Source: Bacteroidales bacterium
GTDB lineage: Bacteria > Bacteroidota > Bacteroidia > Bacteroidales > VadinHA17
Direction of reading: 5' to 3'
Assembly: GCA_034003345.1 (NCBI GenBank)
Contig: JAVEYS010000001.1
Location: forward strand, 70,513 to 134,512
Length of the DNA stretch: 64,000 nucleotides
The notes beneath the pieces are model-generated. The model saw only the letters and a list, made by a program, of their open reading frames with translations. It searched no databases and had not been told where the DNA came from. Below are positions 46,729 through 56,936 of this stretch, piece by piece. Position 1 is the first letter of the stretch. Every line of letters begins with the position of its first letter. Position numbers and translations under genes: made by a program.

Positions 46729-47997
46729 ATGAAATTTCCCGGTCTGATTACCAGATGCGTAGGTACTATTCTGCTTACTGCCCTGTCTGTCGCAACATAC
46801 AGTCAGAATAACCTTCTGCCAGGAACTGTTATCACCATAGGAGGAGATACCCTTAAAGGCCAAATCGACTACCGGAACTGGGGTACAAATCCCGACCGGA
46901 TAAGGTTTACAGATGCGACAGGCCAGGTCAGGGTTTTCACGCCGATAGAGGTTGTCAGGTTCTCAGTTAAGGATGAGATTTATGTAGGAGCAGTGGTCAA
47001 TACAGAGAATAGTCCTTCGGATCTCCGGTCACTTCAGATGCTGGCCGGTTACAGCCTGGATGTAGATACGGTTTTTCTGCAGACGGTGCTTGAAGGCGAC
47101 AGGGCCCTATATTTCCTGAAGAACAAAGTCGGTAATAACAACTTTTACATAAATACCAATGAGGGGTATGAGCTATTACTCTATAAGAAGTACCTGGCAA
47201 ATACAGGGGGTCAGCAGATAGTTGCCGAAGTCAAGGGTTATATAGATCAATTACATATTTATTTTGGCGGGAACGAAGCTCTCTACCGGGAGATTGCTCA
47301 GACCGGATATGACTGGGGTAGTCTGGAACGGTTGTTCAGACACTATTACAGTCTTTCATCTGGCGGATTTACATTTTCAAAAGCATCTGAAGGCTTGAAA
47401 TTCAGAGCGGGTATTTTTACCGGACTCTCTCTGACAAAGATCATCCTGCACAGTGATTACTATCAATATCTCGACAAACCTGAAGACAAACCTTCTGCAG
47501 ATTTTACGGGCGGAGTGGCACTGGATATAGTTTTTCCGCGTAACATGGGCAGATGGTCTGTGAACAATGAGCTTCAGTGGTTTTCATGGGATGTTTCAGA
47601 TGAAAATTTCGACTATTTCCATAGTGACGATCTTTACCTTAAGCGTGTTTATGATTTTTCCTTCTCTTATCTAAAGATGAACAACATGTTAAGGTACTCT
47701 TTCCCGGTTGGAAAATTTACCCTGTTCGTGAACGCAGGAATCTCAAACGGTTATGCCGTCATATACACAAATCACCAGGAGATTGTGAGGAAAGAGTTCA
47801 CCCTCATTGAAACGAGTGAATGGGATTATGTAGCGGATATTCGCAGGTACGAACAGGCATGGCTGCTGGGCGGAGGCATTGGTTATGGAAAATACTTTCT
47901 TGAGTACAGGCATGAAAAGGGAAACGGAATGAGCATTAACACAGAAATTTATTCGTCATCACACAGAAATTTCATCTGGGTAGGATACCGGTTCTGA
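46729..47997 (+). CDS. Hypothetical outer-membrane beta-barrel protein
   Basis: ATG 46729 gives a signal peptide (MKFPGLITRCVGTILLTALSVATYS/Q). The C-terminal half has alternating-strand patterns and ends ...NFIWVGYRF (terminal Phe beta-signal). Confidence 0.55.
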   Translation: MKFPGLITRCVGTILLTALSVATYSQNNLLPGTVITIGGDTLKGQIDYRNWGTNPDRIRFTDATGQVRVFTPIEVVRFSVKDEIYVGAVVNTENSPSDLRSLQMLAGYSLDVDTVFLQTVLEGDRALYFLKNKVGNNNFYINTNEGYELLLYKKYLANTGGQQIVAEVKGYIDQLHIYFGGNEALYREIAQTGYDWGSLERLFRHYYSLSSGGFTFSKASEGLKFRAGIFTGLSLTKIILHSDYYQYLDKPEDKPSADFTGGVALDIVFPRNMGRWSVNNELQWFSWDVSDENFDYFHSDDLYLKRVYDFSFSYLKMNNMLRYSFPVGKFTLFVNAGISNGYAVIYTNHQEIVRKEFTLIETSEWDYVADIRRYEQAWLLGGGIGYGKYFLEYRHEKGNGMSINTEIYSSSHRNFIWVGYRF

Positions 47998-48085
47998 TCT
48001 CCCTGTTGCCTGGCTCATTATACCCGTCAACAGTTGCATGTTGTGCATCAATTCTCTACCTTCATCATCTAAAATGAACTGACCA

Positions 48086-48622
48086 ATGAACTGGATCGAT
48101 TTCGTTATTATTGCTCTGCTTGCCTTCGGTCTGATAGGGGGTTTTATTAACGGGCTGATAATAGAGATAGCCGAGCTGGCAGCCCTGGTACTCGGTGTTT
48201 GGGGAGCCATACATTTTTCATGGTGGACTGCTGATAAACTGTCAGGTTGGTTTGACATGCATTCGTCATGGACAGGTATAGTATCTTTCGCAGTAACGTT
48301 TATTGCCATTGTAATTGCCATTTACCTCCTGGGCAAGTTACTCGACTCACTGCTGAAGGCAGTTGCCCTGGGATTTTTCGTCAAAATCTTTGGCGCCATT
48401 TTCGGAGTGCTGAAAACAGCTCTGATACTGAGCGTAATATTCGTTTTCCTGAATACAATTAATGAGAAGAAAAAGTTTCTCCCCTCATCCACTATTGCAA
48501 GCTCTTTCCTCTATAATCCCATTGCTGATCTTGTTCCTTCAATCTTCCCGATTGTTGAAGGCGGCGACCTGATTGACAGCTTCAACAGGCATAAAAAGAG
48601 TCCGCAGGATGTGACCATCTGA
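48086..48622 (+). CDS. cvpA: CvpA-family membrane protein
   Basis: N-terminus MNWIDFVIIALLAFGLIGGFINGLI... and four TM helices. 178 aa. Confidence 0.8.
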   Translation: MNWIDFVIIALLAFGLIGGFINGLIIEIAELAALVLGVWGAIHFSWWTADKLSGWFDMHSSWTGIVSFAVTFIAIVIAIYLLGKLLDSLLKAVALGFFVKIFGAIFGVLKTALILSVIFVFLNTINEKKKFLPSSTIASSFLYNPIADLVPSIFPIVEGGDLIDSFNRHKKSPQDVTI

Positions 48623-48632
48623 GGGGTTTTGA

Positions 48633-48640
48633 TATCTTTG
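48633..48640 (+). promoter_or_regulatory. Bacteroidota -7 promoter box (TATCTTTG) for tyrS
   Basis: Exact TAnnTTTG match 18 nt upstream of ATG 48658. In-frame ATGs at 48664 and 48667 are alternative starts. Confidence 0.45.
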
Positions 48641-48657
48641 CGACACGTTAGTTTTGT

Positions 48658-49962
48658 ATGTCGATGATGAATTTTGTTGAAGAATTGAGATGGAGAGGAA
48701 TGATACATGATATCATGCCTGGCACAGAGGAGTTTCTTGTAAGCGGCAAGACTTCAGCCTATGTTGGTTTTGATCCCACGGCAGATTCCCTTCACATAGG
48801 ACACCTTGTGGGTGTTATGATGCTGAAACACTTTCAGAATGCCGGACACCGGCCTATTGTGCTGATAGGCGGAGCCACCGGTATGATAGGTGACCCTTCC
48901 GGCAAATCGGAAGAGCGCAACCTGCTCAGCGAAGAGACATTGCGCCACAACCAGGATTGTCTTAAGAAGCAGTTCGAAAAATTCCTCGACTTTAATTCCA
49001 AGGCTCCTAACAAGGCTGTGATGGTCAATAACTACGACTGGATGAAGACATTCTCGTTCCTTGAATTCATCCGGGATATTGGCAAGCATATCACAGTCAA
49101 TTATATGATGGCCAAGGACTCCGTGAAGAAGAGGCTTGACTCTGATACGGGTCAGGGGATGTCTTTCACAGAGTTCTCATACCAGCTGGTACAGGGGACT
49201 GATTACCTGTTTCTCTACACCAATCACGGCTGTCGTCTGCAGATGGGAGGGTCTGACCAGTGGGGAAATATTGTCACCGGCACTGAGCTCATCAGGCGCA
49301 AGGCCGGCGGCGAAGCCTATGCCATGACATGCCCCCTCATTACCAAGAGTGACGGTCAGAAGTTCGGCAAGACAGAGAGTGGCAACGTATGGCTTGACCC
49401 TGCCAAGACAACCCCCTATCAGTTCTATCAGTTCTGGATGAATGTGGCAGATGATGATGCCATAAGGTTTATCAGGATTTTTACCATGTTGTCACAAAGC
49501 GAGATCGATGAGCTTATTGTGGCGCACAGGGCAGAGCCGCACATGCGTATTCTTCAGAAGCGCCTGGCAGAAGAGATGACGGTGATGGCCCACTCAAGAG
49601 AGGATTATGATTCGGCCGTGGAGGCCTCCCAGATACTCTTCGGAAAAGGAACTACGGAGCAGCTTCGCCGTATGGACGAAAGCACCTTCCTTGCAGTGTT
49701 TGAGGGGGTGCCTATGTATGATGTAAGTTCTGACCTTCTGGAGGCCGGGGTGACCGTCTCCGACCTATGTGCAGTACATACATCTATCGCCGAATCAAAA
49801 GGAGAACTGAGAAGACTCATCCAGGGAGGTGGCGTGAGCCTTAACAAAGAGAGGATTGACAATGCAGACATGCCGGTCACTACCAGTCAGCTGCTGAACA
49901 AAAGGTACCTCCTGATGCAGAAGGGCAAGAAAAACTATTTTCTCATCAGGGTTGTCAAATAA
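48658..49962 (+). CDS. tyrS: Tyrosine--tRNA ligase
   Basis: HIGH motif (DSLHIGHLV), KMSKS-type motif (KFGKTE) and a C-terminal S4-like domain. Confidence 0.95.
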   Translation: MSMMNFVEELRWRGMIHDIMPGTEEFLVSGKTSAYVGFDPTADSLHIGHLVGVMMLKHFQNAGHRPIVLIGGATGMIGDPSGKSEERNLLSEETLRHNQDCLKKQFEKFLDFNSKAPNKAVMVNNYDWMKTFSFLEFIRDIGKHITVNYMMAKDSVKKRLDSDTGQGMSFTEFSYQLVQGTDYLFLYTNHGCRLQMGGSDQWGNIVTGTELIRRKAGGEAYAMTCPLITKSDGQKFGKTESGNVWLDPAKTTPYQFYQFWMNVADDDAIRFIRIFTMLSQSEIDELIVAHRAEPHMRILQKRLAEEMTVMAHSREDYDSAVEASQILFGKGTTEQLRRMDESTFLAVFEGVPMYDVSSDLLEAGVTVSDLCAVHTSIAESKGELRRLIQGGGVSLNKERIDNADMPVTTSQLLNKRYLLMQKGKKNYFLIRVVK

Positions 49963-49975
49963 AAAGCCGGGTGCA

Positions 49976-50863
49976 ATGAAGAACAACATAAGAGTTGAAT
50001 TCAAGCCGGACTCCATTGACCTGATCAATTTTATCATCAGGCATTTCAGAAAGTTTCTGGTTGCCGGACTGGCTGTCGCTATTTTATCTGCGGTGATAAC
50101 ACTGCTGATAAAGCCACTGTATGAATCTTCGGTCATCATGTATCCCTCTTCAAATATTACCGAAGCAGGGACCCTTCTTGGCGAGGTGACACCTACGACA
50201 GAGCTCTTCGGTGACGATGATGCCACTGAGAGGCTGATACAGGTGGTCAACAGCGGGCAGGTAAGGGAATACCTCAAGGAGAAATATGATCTCCGCAGTC
50301 ATTATAAGATCAGGCCCGGAGAGCGATATCCTAATACTCTCATTGCCGAAAAGATGAACAAGTATATCCATTGTTCAAAGACGGCATTCGGTTCGGTGGA
50401 GATTAAGGTCAGGGACCGTGACAGGGAGATAGCCTGTGCAATGGCCAATGACATGGCATCACGGGCAGACACAGTCTTTAATAACCTGCAGCGCAAGGCT
50501 GCTGCCGTTATGCTCGAGGAGATCAGCAGGAGCTATGAGATGCAAGACCTTATTGTCAGGCAGTATGAAGATACTCTCAGCAGGGTAGAGGGAGCTGCTG
50601 CGCTGACAGCTTATGCTACACTTGAGACGGAGAATGATTATCTCGGTCTCATGCGCGGAAGGTATATTGAGGCCCTGGCCCTGAGCCAGCAGGTAATGCC
50701 ATACACCCTTGTTGTCGATAAGGCCGGTGTGGCTGAGAAGAAAATATATCCCCGACGGAGCATCATGGTTATCGTGTCAACGGCCTCCGCACTTATTCTC
50801 CTGGCCCTGATACTCTTCGTTGCCGAGGGCGTCAAGCTGCACCCCACTGATGACAGGCAGTGA
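49976..50863 (+). CDS. Wzz-like polysaccharide chain-length-determinant-type protein
   Basis: ATG 49976. N-terminal TM helix (FLVAGLAVAILSAVITLLI) followed by 'KPLYESSVIMYPSS', a long helical periplasmic region and a C-terminal TM helix (IMVIVSTASALILLALILFV). Confidence 0.6.
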   Translation: MKNNIRVEFKPDSIDLINFIIRHFRKFLVAGLAVAILSAVITLLIKPLYESSVIMYPSSNITEAGTLLGEVTPTTELFGDDDATERLIQVVNSGQVREYLKEKYDLRSHYKIRPGERYPNTLIAEKMNKYIHCSKTAFGSVEIKVRDRDREIACAMANDMASRADTVFNNLQRKAAAVMLEEISRSYEMQDLIVRQYEDTLSRVEGAAALTAYATLETENDYLGLMRGRYIEALALSQQVMPYTLVVDKAGVAEKKIYPRRSIMVIVSTASALILLALILFVAEGVKLHPTDDRQ

Positions 50864-52223
50864 ACTGCTGATATTGTTGGTTCCGGCAGCCCTGGGAGTC
50901 CTGCTTCTGGCGCTGCTCTCGCTTGAGCACCTTCTGCTTCTTACGGTTTTCCTTACTCCCCTCTCTCTTCAGCTAAGCTACCTCACCGGAGCTACAGGAG
51001 TTGATCTTTCCATCCCTACCGAGCCTCTGCTGGCTCTTATTCTTTTCATCACCCTTTTCAAATTGATTGTCACCCGTGAGTTTCCCGGGAGGCTGCTGAG
51101 GCATCCTATGACGGTGCTGCTGGTGCTCTATCTTGCATGGACCCTTGTGACTGCCCTCACCTCTACAATGCCGGGTGTCTCGTTCAAGACACTGGCATAT
51201 CGTACCTGGTTCATCACAGGATTTTATCTTGTTACTGCCCGACTGGCATCAGACGACAGTTTCAGCAGGAACTACATAAAAGCCTATGCCGCAGGCCTGG
51301 CCGTTGTTGTCATTTACTTTATCGTCAGGATTCAGGGTGCCGGACTGCTCAACCAGCAATTCGCTCATTCAGCCTGCTACCCTTTTTACAGGGATCACAC
51401 CTCTTTTGGTGCTTCCATGGCATTTATCATGCCTCCCCTGGCAGTCATGCTATTACGCAAAGGAGAGAGCCTGGCAATCAGAACATCTCTGGCATTCATG
51501 ACAACAGTTTTTCTTGCCGGTTTTATTCTGTCATACAGCAGGGCAGCGTGGGTAAGTCTGATAGCTGCCATCGTCATGGCATTAATACTATGGATCAGGA
51601 TGCCTGTGAAGCTTCTTGCTTTTTCTGCAGCAGGGTTTATCCTGGCGCTGGTATTGTCTGCCGGGTGGATTTGGCAGAGGATGGACAGCACCACAGAGGA
51701 TTCTTCGGCTGATCTGGGCCGGCACCTTCGTTCGGCCTCAAACATCACAACCGACCAGTCAAACCTTGAACGTATCAACAGGTGGAGGTGTGCCCTCCGG
51801 ATGTTTCATGAGAAGCCGGTGGCGGGGTGGGGGCCGGGCACCTATCAGTTCAATTACGGACCATTCCAGAAGAACTCGGAGAGAACAACCATCAGTACCG
51901 ACTTTGGTGATGCCGGCAATGCCCACAGCGAATACCTGGGCGCACTGAGTGAATCAGGATTGCCCGGGGCGTTACTTTTTCTGCTCATGACACTTTATGC
52001 TGTCTGTATGGGCATAAGGGTATGGTATGAGGAAAGGAGGAGTACTGAAGGGTATTTTGCCCTTGCAATAGTTACCGGGCTTATTACTTATGTTGTGCAT
52101 GGACTGATGAACAGTTTTCTTGACAGTGACAAGATAGCATCACTGTGGTGGGGCTATATGGCTATCCTTGCAGCGATGGATATTAGACAAAAGGAGAGGG
52201 CTGTTACAGGGAAGGGAGAGTGA
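50850..52223 (+). CDS. O-antigen ligase / Wzy_C-family polytopic membrane protein
   Basis: ATG 50850 overlaps the Wzz-like stop by 14 nt. About 10 TM helices, a central 'ILSYSRAAWVSLIAAIVM' segment and a periplasmic loop with 'RINRWRCALRMFHEKPVAGWGPGTY...NAHSEYL' (Wzy_C/O-antigen-ligase pattern). Confidence 0.8.
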   Translation: MTGSELLILLVPAALGVLLLALLSLEHLLLLTVFLTPLSLQLSYLTGATGVDLSIPTEPLLALILFITLFKLIVTREFPGRLLRHPMTVLLVLYLAWTLVTALTSTMPGVSFKTLAYRTWFITGFYLVTARLASDDSFSRNYIKAYAAGLAVVVIYFIVRIQGAGLLNQQFAHSACYPFYRDHTSFGASMAFIMPPLAVMLLRKGESLAIRTSLAFMTTVFLAGFILSYSRAAWVSLIAAIVMALILWIRMPVKLLAFSAAGFILALVLSAGWIWQRMDSTTEDSSADLGRHLRSASNITTDQSNLERINRWRCALRMFHEKPVAGWGPGTYQFNYGPFQKNSERTTISTDFGDAGNAHSEYLGALSESGLPGALLFLLMTLYAVCMGIRVWYEERRSTEGYFALAIVTGLITYVVHGLMNSFLDSDKIASLWWGYMAILAAMDIRQKERAVTGKGE

Positions 52224-53453
52224 TTACAGTACCTCCACGGCGAGGATAGAGACGTCATCGAAAAGCCTGATATTGCTGCTGTTTATCTCCAGCTCCTTTA
52301 TAAGGGTTTCGATGTTCTCTGACAGCGGTTGTCTGTTTGAATAATGTTTTATCAGCGGAGCTGTGCCAAACTCGTTGCCATTCTCATCCTTCAGCTCGGA
52401 GAGCCCGTCGGTATAACAGATGATCTTTGTCGGGTTTTTCAGGGTAATATGATCTGTTCTTACCCGTGGCATTTCATCAAGCATTCCCACGCCCACACAT
52501 GACTGCTTCAGCACTGTTGCTCTGCCTGTCTTCATATTTATAAGAACAGGCGGATTATGTGCTGCATTGACATACTCAAGCACGCGTGTCTTCATATTGT
52601 AGCGTGCAATGAACAGGGTGACGAAGCGTTCGCCGGCGGAGTTCACAACTACAAGTGTGTTCAACTTTCTTATCAGGTCCTCCAGGCTGGCCTCAGCCGT
52701 AAAGAGAGCACGCAGACTTGCCTGGAAGTTTGACATCAGCAGTGCAGCTGACATTCCCTTGCCTGACACGTCGGCGATACAAAAGCCGATAACGTTTTTT
52801 GACAGAGGCATAAAATCATAATAATCACCTCCCACCTCGTAGTGCGGGTAGTAAAAGCCCCTGGCCCTTATTTTATCATTGGAAGGCAGCCTGGTGTTAT
52901 CGGGTATAAGCATCATCTGCATGCGGGCAGCCAGCTCAAGCTCTCTCCGCAGGGCCTCCTGTATGAGGCTCTCCCTGAAGAGTCTCTGGTTCTCAATGGC
53001 GACAACAATAATACCCGAGATGGTCTGGATGAAATGGAGGTGTTTTATCAGCGGACTCATACCCTCTCCCTCCTCGTCTATATCACCAATAAGCACGTAT
53101 GCAGATGGCTTGTTGTTATTGAGGACGGGAATGATAAAATCAACTGATCTGAAGGCTTTTTGTGTTACCTCAGTCTGTATCTCCCTGAAGCAAAGCAGAT
53201 CCTGCTCAACGTTTATGGTATCACCGAGGGTTTCCGGGAAGCCTGAGTTAAGGAGTGCTTCCCAGTGCTCACCATATTGTATTAGCAGTATTTTGCCAAT
53301 ACCCAGGTCCTTGCGCAGGATTGATTCATATTTCCTCAGAAGTTCTGAGGTGGGCAGGTTGGCGTTGATAGAAAGAGTTATATCGAGCAGAGCGTCGAGT
53401 TTAAATTTCGACATCTTCAGCCTGTCTTTAGGAAACCTGCCCTCAGTCATCAC
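52224..53453 (-). CDS. GAF-domain PP2C/SpoIIE-family serine phosphatase (RsbU-like)
   Basis: N-terminal GAF-like region and a C-terminal PP2C region (GGDYYDF...ADVSGKGMSAALLMS...YTDGLSE...DDVSILAVEV). Its stop directly abuts the stop of the convergent O-antigen ligase gene (52223/52224). Confidence 0.85.
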   Translation of the reverse strand: MMTEGRFPKDRLKMSKFKLDALLDITLSINANLPTSELLRKYESILRKDLGIGKILLIQYGEHWEALLNSGFPETLGDTINVEQDLLCFREIQTEVTQKAFRSVDFIIPVLNNNKPSAYVLIGDIDEEGEGMSPLIKHLHFIQTISGIIVVAIENQRLFRESLIQEALRRELELAARMQMMLIPDNTRLPSNDKIRARGFYYPHYEVGGDYYDFMPLSKNVIGFCIADVSGKGMSAALLMSNFQASLRALFTAEASLEDLIRKLNTLVVVNSAGERFVTLFIARYNMKTRVLEYVNAAHNPPVLINMKTGRATVLKQSCVGVGMLDEMPRVRTDHITLKNPTKIICYTDGLSELKDENGNEFGTAPLIKHYSNRQPLSENIETLIKELEINSSNIRLFDDVSILAVEVL

Positions 53454-53460
53454 AGCGGTC

Positions 53461-54027
53461 TCAGCCCTTGACTCTCTCTATATATGATCTGTCTCGCGTA
53501 TCAATGCGGATCTTATCCCCCACGTTAACAAAGAGAGGCACCATGATGGTTGAACCGGTCTCAATTGTTGCCGGTTTAAGGGTGTTTGTCGCAGTATCGC
53601 CGCGGAGGCCGGGTTCAGTATAGGTCACCTCCATCACAACGTTGACAGGGATGTCAACATAGAGGACATTCTCCGTGTCAGCATGAACAACAACTTCAAC
53701 GTTCACTCCCTCCTTAAGCAGGTCATTGTTCTCTATCATTGAATCGGGTACTGATATCTGTTCGAATGTCTCCAGGTGCATCAGATGATAACCCATGTCA
53801 TCATTGTAGAGGTACTGGTGGGGTCTGCGTTCAACGCGTGCCACATTGACCTTCACCCCCGAGTTGAAGGTGTTTTCAAGGACCTTGCCCGTAGTTACAT
53901 TTTTGAGCCTGGTACGGACGAATGCCGGACCCTTGCCTGGTTTGACATGCTGAAACTGAACAATAGCATATAGGTCATTATTATATTCAATTACCAGCCC
54001 GTTTCTGAAATCTGCCGTTGTAGCCAT
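53461..54027 (-). CDS. efp: Elongation factor P
   Basis: [43 protein letters not shown]... 188 aa. Confidence 0.97.
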   Translation of the reverse strand: MATTADFRNGLVIEYNNDLYAIVQFQHVKPGKGPAFVRTRLKNVTTGKVLENTFNSGVKVNVARVERRPHQYLYNDDMGYHLMHLETFEQISVPDSMIENNDLLKEGVNVEVVVHADTENVLYVDIPVNVVMEVTYTEPGLRGDTATNTLKPATIETGSTIMVPLFVNVGDKIRIDTRDRSYIERVKG

Positions 54028-54049
54028 AAAAAATTTCTCGTTCTTATTG

Positions 54050-54829
54050 TTAGTCTATAAATTTGAGGGGCGTTCTAAGCCCTTCATAATTTGTCATATC
54101 GATATGAAATGACCCCACAAAGATATCAAATCGTACCTTAACCGGTAAAAAATTTTCATCAGCAGTGAACCACATTACCATATCTTCCTCTGTCTTAAAG
54201 ACTCTGCCCACCTCTGTAACCGGATTGAACCGGTAACATTCCAGTTTGCCGCTCTTGATCTTTATGGTTTCCTTTCCACTGTATTTCAATATGATAGGGT
54301 AGAGCTCATCTGCAAACCAGGTCATCATTGTATATGTTTCTCCGGGCACAAGAGTGTCAGCACTTGCGAGGTAATATTTCCTGAACCAGTAGAAGCATGA
54401 GAGTATGTCGAGTAATCCTTTCGGGCCTGTATGCTTACCCGTCAGGTCGCTGAAGATAAGGGTGGAGTCACTTCTTGATCTCTGGTCAAACGCCACCTCA
54501 TTGTATTTGTAATAGCGTCCCTCCTGTATATTTCTTATTGAAAAGACGGGGAGATCATTTTCGGGGTCAATATAGCTTTCATAAGTGTCTCTGACCTTGT
54601 AAAGGGCATCTGCAAGCCCTGTAGTCTTCCCATTGAGTACAGAGTGCCAGATGGGTTTGCCCTCGTACATAGCCTCTTTGATCCCAAGGGTGACCACGCC
54701 ACTTCCTACTATTCCGTATCTTATCTGGTATGACACTCTCTCACCAGGCATGTATGGCTGTCTCTGAGCCGGGAGCCACTCCAGGGCAACAGTGATAATT
54801 ATCAGAACCGTAACTACAGTCTTGCGCAT
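54050..54829 (-). CDS. DUF3108-like exported protein
   Basis: ATG 54829 gives a signal peptide ([22 protein letters not shown]). The mature part starts '[23 protein letters not shown]...', typical of DUF3108. The track's longer start would overlap tsaB. Confidence 0.6.
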   Translation of the reverse strand: MRKTVVTVLIIITVALEWLPAQRQPYMPGERVSYQIRYGIVGSGVVTLGIKEAMYEGKPIWHSVLNGKTTGLADALYKVRDTYESYIDPENDLPVFSIRNIQEGRYYKYNEVAFDQRSRSDSTLIFSDLTGKHTGPKGLLDILSCFYWFRKYYLASADTLVPGETYTMMTWFADELYPIILKYSGKETIKIKSGKLECYRFNPVTEVGRVFKTEEDMVMWFTADENFLPVKVRFDIFVGSFHIDMTNYEGLRTPLKFID

Positions 54830-54845
54830 GATCAAACCAGGCTTA

Positions 54846-55538
54846 TCAGGGGAACAGTTTCCTTGGGGTGGTTGCGATAAACTCTTTGAGATAATAGGGT
54901 TCAAAATAGGCAAGATCCTCATATTGCTTATGCTTCATGGCATTCAATGAGGGGATTTGCAAAAATGATGCCGAGAGAATAAAATGGTCCTCAAAGATGG
55001 CATTTGGATGAATGATAATGCCCTTACATTTTTCTGCACCGTTACCGAAAAATATTATCTTCTTGTTTTCCAGTTCTTCACTGAATGAGGATTGGCTGAT
55101 GATATCAGCTGATGTCTCTTTTACCATTGTGCCGTCAATAGTGAAGAGGGCATTGTAGACCTCCATACGGCGTGCGTCTATCATGGGGCAGAGCAGCATA
55201 TCTGAAGAGAGGGTCTCAGGATGAAGGGTGAGATATCCGTAGCACATGGAGGTAAGAGTGTTGATGCCCAGCAATGGAATATTTGCGGCGTATGCTATCC
55301 CCTTGGCGGTGGAGACACCTATTCTGAGGCCGGTATATGACCCTGGTCCTTTGCTCACGGCTACAGCCTCAAGGTCTGTGGCTTTTATCCGGGATCCTTC
55401 AAGCAGCTGCTGTATAATGATGGTCAGCTGCGAAGCATGTGACATGCCCGGTGAAGCCGCGGCCACGGAGATGACTCTGCTATCATCGCACAATGCTGCC
55501 GAACAGACTCCGGTAGCTGTCTCAAGACAAAGGATCAT
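54846..55538 (-). CDS. tsaB: tRNA t6A37 biosynthesis protein TsaB
   Basis: N-terminus MILCLETATGVCSAAL and 'VSKGPGSYTGLRIGVSTAKG'. 230 aa. Confidence 0.9.
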   Translation of the reverse strand: MILCLETATGVCSAALCDDSRVISVAAASPGMSHASQLTIIIQQLLEGSRIKATDLEAVAVSKGPGSYTGLRIGVSTAKGIAYAANIPLLGINTLTSMCYGYLTLHPETLSSDMLLCPMIDARRMEVYNALFTIDGTMVKETSADIISQSSFSEELENKKIIFFGNGAEKCKGIIIHPNAIFEDHFILSASFLQIPSLNAMKHKQYEDLAYFEPYYLKEFIATTPRKLFP

Positions 55539-55562
55539 AGATGGTGTTCCTCTCTGTTCTCT

Positions 55563-56828
55563 TTACTTCTTCTTCTCACTGCCGAAGAGGGCCTCCTTGT
55601 CAACAACCTCAATCAGGGTTGAGTCGGACAGCTTCTTCGAGATGGCGCTGAAGGGCTGAGTTATGATATCTTCACCTTCCGACACACCGCTCAGAATCTC
55701 GATGTTGATATTATCCTGGATACCGGTCTTCACATCACGTGCAAGGGCATATGTGCCGTCTGAGACGAAGACGAGCGTGCGTATTTTCTCTTTTTCTGCA
55801 AGGTCAGTGCTCGTGGTGTCCGTACGCGTGGTGACCGCCTGGATAGGTACTGTAAGAACGTTCTCCTTACTGCTGGTGTAGATGTCAACTGAGGCAGACA
55901 TCCCTGGTCTGAAGGGACTGGGGTTATTTTCGCTGATCAGATCTTCATAAGACTCCTTAAGTATCAGTATCCTGACTTTGAAGTTGGTTACCTGGTCAGA
56001 GGTGGTCCCGAGGGTATTTGCAGAGTTGGCCATCTCGGTGACAATGCCTTTGAAGTCACGGTCCATATAAGCATCAACCTCTACAATAGCCGTATCACCC
56101 AGCTTCACCCTGATAATGTCATTTTCGTTGACATCAACCACCACCTCCATGCGGTTAAGGTCAGCCACCCGCATTATTTCTGTGCCGGTCATCATGTTCG
56201 CTCCTACCACTCTCTCGCCCTGTTCTACGGAGAGGCTTGAAATAGTCCCTGTCATGGGTGAATAGACCGTGGTCTTTATGAGGTTTTCGATAGCCTCATT
56301 AAGTGAGGCTTCGGAGCTCTTAACAGCATATTCAGCGCTCTCTTTTTCTGCTTTAGCTACTTTATACTGTGACTCGGCCTGCTCAAAATCGGACTCCGAG
56401 ATAGTATTTTCATCGTAAAGTGTCTTGCTTCTGTTATAAGCCTGCTCGGCCTGTATCAGCTGGGCTTCCACCTGTGACAACCGGGCCTTTGTGGAGTTGA
56501 GTGTGGCGGCTGCACGTTCACGGGAGGATATATATATCTCCGGCTTGATCTTGAAGAGAAGGGATCCCTTCTGTACAAAATCTCCCTCCTTGACTGTCAG
56601 TTCAACAATCTCCCCGGAAACATCAGGACTTATCTTCACCTCTGTCTCAGGCTGTATCTTGCCGTTTGCCGTAACGGCTTCAATGATGGGATTTATTACT
56701 GCCTTTTCGGTGGCTACCTTTACTGTTACTGCCTTGCCGAACCAGCCCGCTTTTTTGCCGATTACAGCAAGGATAATGAGGAGGATGACAGCGGCTAAAA
56801 GGAACTTAAGTATCTTATTGTCTTTCAT
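55563..56828 (-). CDS. Efflux periplasmic adaptor (HlyD/MacA-type membrane fusion protein)
   Basis: N-terminal TM anchor, lipoyl-like segments flanking a long coiled-coil hairpin (ATLNSTKARLSQVEAQLIQAEQAY...) and a beta-barrel domain. 421 aa. Confidence 0.85.
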   Translation of the reverse strand: MKDNKILKFLLAAVILLIILAVIGKKAGWFGKAVTVKVATEKAVINPIIEAVTANGKIQPETEVKISPDVSGEIVELTVKEGDFVQKGSLLFKIKPEIYISSRERAAATLNSTKARLSQVEAQLIQAEQAYNRSKTLYDENTISESDFEQAESQYKVAKAEKESAEYAVKSSEASLNEAIENLIKTTVYSPMTGTISSLSVEQGERVVGANMMTGTEIMRVADLNRMEVVVDVNENDIIRVKLGDTAIVEVDAYMDRDFKGIVTEMANSANTLGTTSDQVTNFKVRILILKESYEDLISENNPSPFRPGMSASVDIYTSSKENVLTVPIQAVTTRTDTTSTDLAEKEKIRTLVFVSDGTYALARDVKTGIQDNINIEILSGVSEGEDIITQPFSAISKKLSDSTLIEVVDKEALFGSEKKK

Positions 56829-56936
56829 TATAATAATATTTTATTATTGAATGTATGATCGTTTGCCCCGACTAACGGGAGAACCCTCATCTTTTTGATA
56901 TTATTACTAATGTGAATATGCTTTTGTGAAATATGT

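Noticed and set aside
51137-51712. 191-aa alternative-frame ORF inside the O-antigen-ligase gene
   Set aside because: It is on the same strand in a different frame. The main frame gives a coherent 10-TM Wzy_C-type protein, while this one is Cys/His/Arg-rich with no hydrophobic periodicity.
52879-53487. 202-aa plus-strand ORF (and 52842-53147)
   Set aside because: It is antisense to the GAF-PP2C phosphatase and the efp 3' end, Ser/Leu-rich, and has no motifs.
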